The notes under the pieces: generated by a model
The model's input: the letters and a program-made list of their open reading frames with translations, nothing else
Told to the model about the DNA's origin: nothing
Database searches by the model: none
Position numbers and translations under genes: made by a program
Virus record (IMG/VR): IMGVR_UViG_3300027741_000038
Direction: 5' to 3' (one strand)
Length of the DNA stretch: 35,533 nucleotides
DNA from: an uncultured virus (IMG/VR IMGVR_UViG_3300027741_000038)
Taxonomy: Duplodnaviria; Heunggongvirae; Uroviricota; Caudoviricetes
Shown: in pieces, positions 35,096-35,533 of the stretch
Layout: every line of letters starts with the position of its first letter
Numbering within the stretch: the stretch's first letter is position 1

Positions 35096-35236
35096 TTATT
35101 TATAAAGCTGCATAAAAATGCATCGACCCGTTCGGGCGTGTCGTGTCAAGTACGACACGCCGTTTACGGCATGTGATTTTTATCTCATGAAAATACTGAC
35201 GGGTAAATAGAATATGTCAGTGCAACCTGCTATACT
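35089..35236 (+). promoter_or_regulatory. Regulatory module 3: ARG-box-like pair, GTGTCG element with an inverted copy, CRP box, TGTCAG promoter
   Basis: TGAATAATTATTTA at 35089 and TGCATAAAAATGCA at 35109; TCGGGCGTGTCG at 35132-35143 with CGACACGCC at 35153; TGTGAtttttaTCTCA at 35172; TGTCAG(35215)-N10-TATACT(35231). Confidence 0.7.
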
Positions 35237-35260
35237 TACGGCATAACGAAAGGACAACTT

Positions 35261-35374
35261 ATGTCAACCCAACTTGATATAAATAAACTATGGAGCGACT
35301 TCATAGATAATCACTTCCAAATGTCAGTACACCCTGATACAATTACAACTCCCGACAAGAAAGAAGGCAACTAA
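35261..35374 (+). CDS. 37-aa peptide
   Basis: MSTQLDINKLWSDFIDNHFQMSVHPDTITTPDKKEGN; AAAGGA RBS; contains TGTCAG-N10-TACAAT at 35322-35343. Confidence 0.6.
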   Translation: MSTQLDINKLWSDFIDNHFQMSVHPDTITTPDKKEGN

Positions 35375-35533
35375 TGTCTATCGCAACTGCAATGAAAATC
35401 CAACAGGCTTCTGCGGAAGCACTTATTTCAGATGAAGTAATGTCGTCTGCTCGTGATATAGCAATGGAATTGTGTGAAGGTGACTTCAGCAAATTAGATA
35501 GAATTGCAAATCTTATGTTTCAATATTCTGCAA
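35374..35533 (+). CDS. Partial hypothetical protein (runs off the right edge)
   Basis: MSIATAMKIQQASAEALISDEVMSSARDIAMELCEGDFSKLDRIANLMFQYSA...; AGAAGG RBS; TAATG coupling. Confidence 0.7.
   Translation, partial: MSIATAMKIQQASAEALISDEVMSSARDIAMELCEGDFSKLDRIANLMFQYSA

Noticed and set aside
32912..35161. GTGTCG elements or TGTCAG repeats as a CRISPR array
   Set aside because: Too short, irregularly spaced and separated by genes; no cas genes.
31200..35533. tRNA genes in the intergenic gaps
   Set aside because: No cloverleaf with a T-loop GTTC signature seen by eye.

Overview
This window is a segment of a large, AT-rich, tailed dsDNA phage genome. The host is probably a low-GC freshwater-type actinobacterium (inference from gene content, extended -10 and leaderless promoters, and operator-like motifs). 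Positions 1-29.7 kb are read on the minus strand. In transcription order they carry a GT4 glycosyltransferase, a class II ribonucleotide reductase (nrdJ), and about 22 kb of virion fibre/decoration genes (G-X-Q collagen-like proteins, large Thr/Gly-rich beta proteins, six glycine-rich paralogues in two cassettes, and an FN3 protein with a YYNPPV tail). A modification island follows: a sulfotransferase, an APS kinase fused to an HxGH nucleotidyltransferase, DUF2061, and three 2OG-Fe(II) oxygenases. From 29.8 kb the plus strand carries a transglycosylase-like protein and a few small genes. From about 31.2 kb there is an early-type region of tiny ORFs, many below the ORF-track cutoff. The most striking signal is regulatory: nine TGT(C/T)A(G/T)-N10-TAnnnT promoters, eight CRP-type TGTGA-N6-TCACA boxes (five perfect), two tandem ARG-box-like operators, a tandem GTTGAA palindrome, and three TCGGGMGTGTCG elements. 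These are arranged in a repeated modular order, alongside candidate pseudoknot RNAs. All family assignments come from motif recognition by eye; no database search was run.
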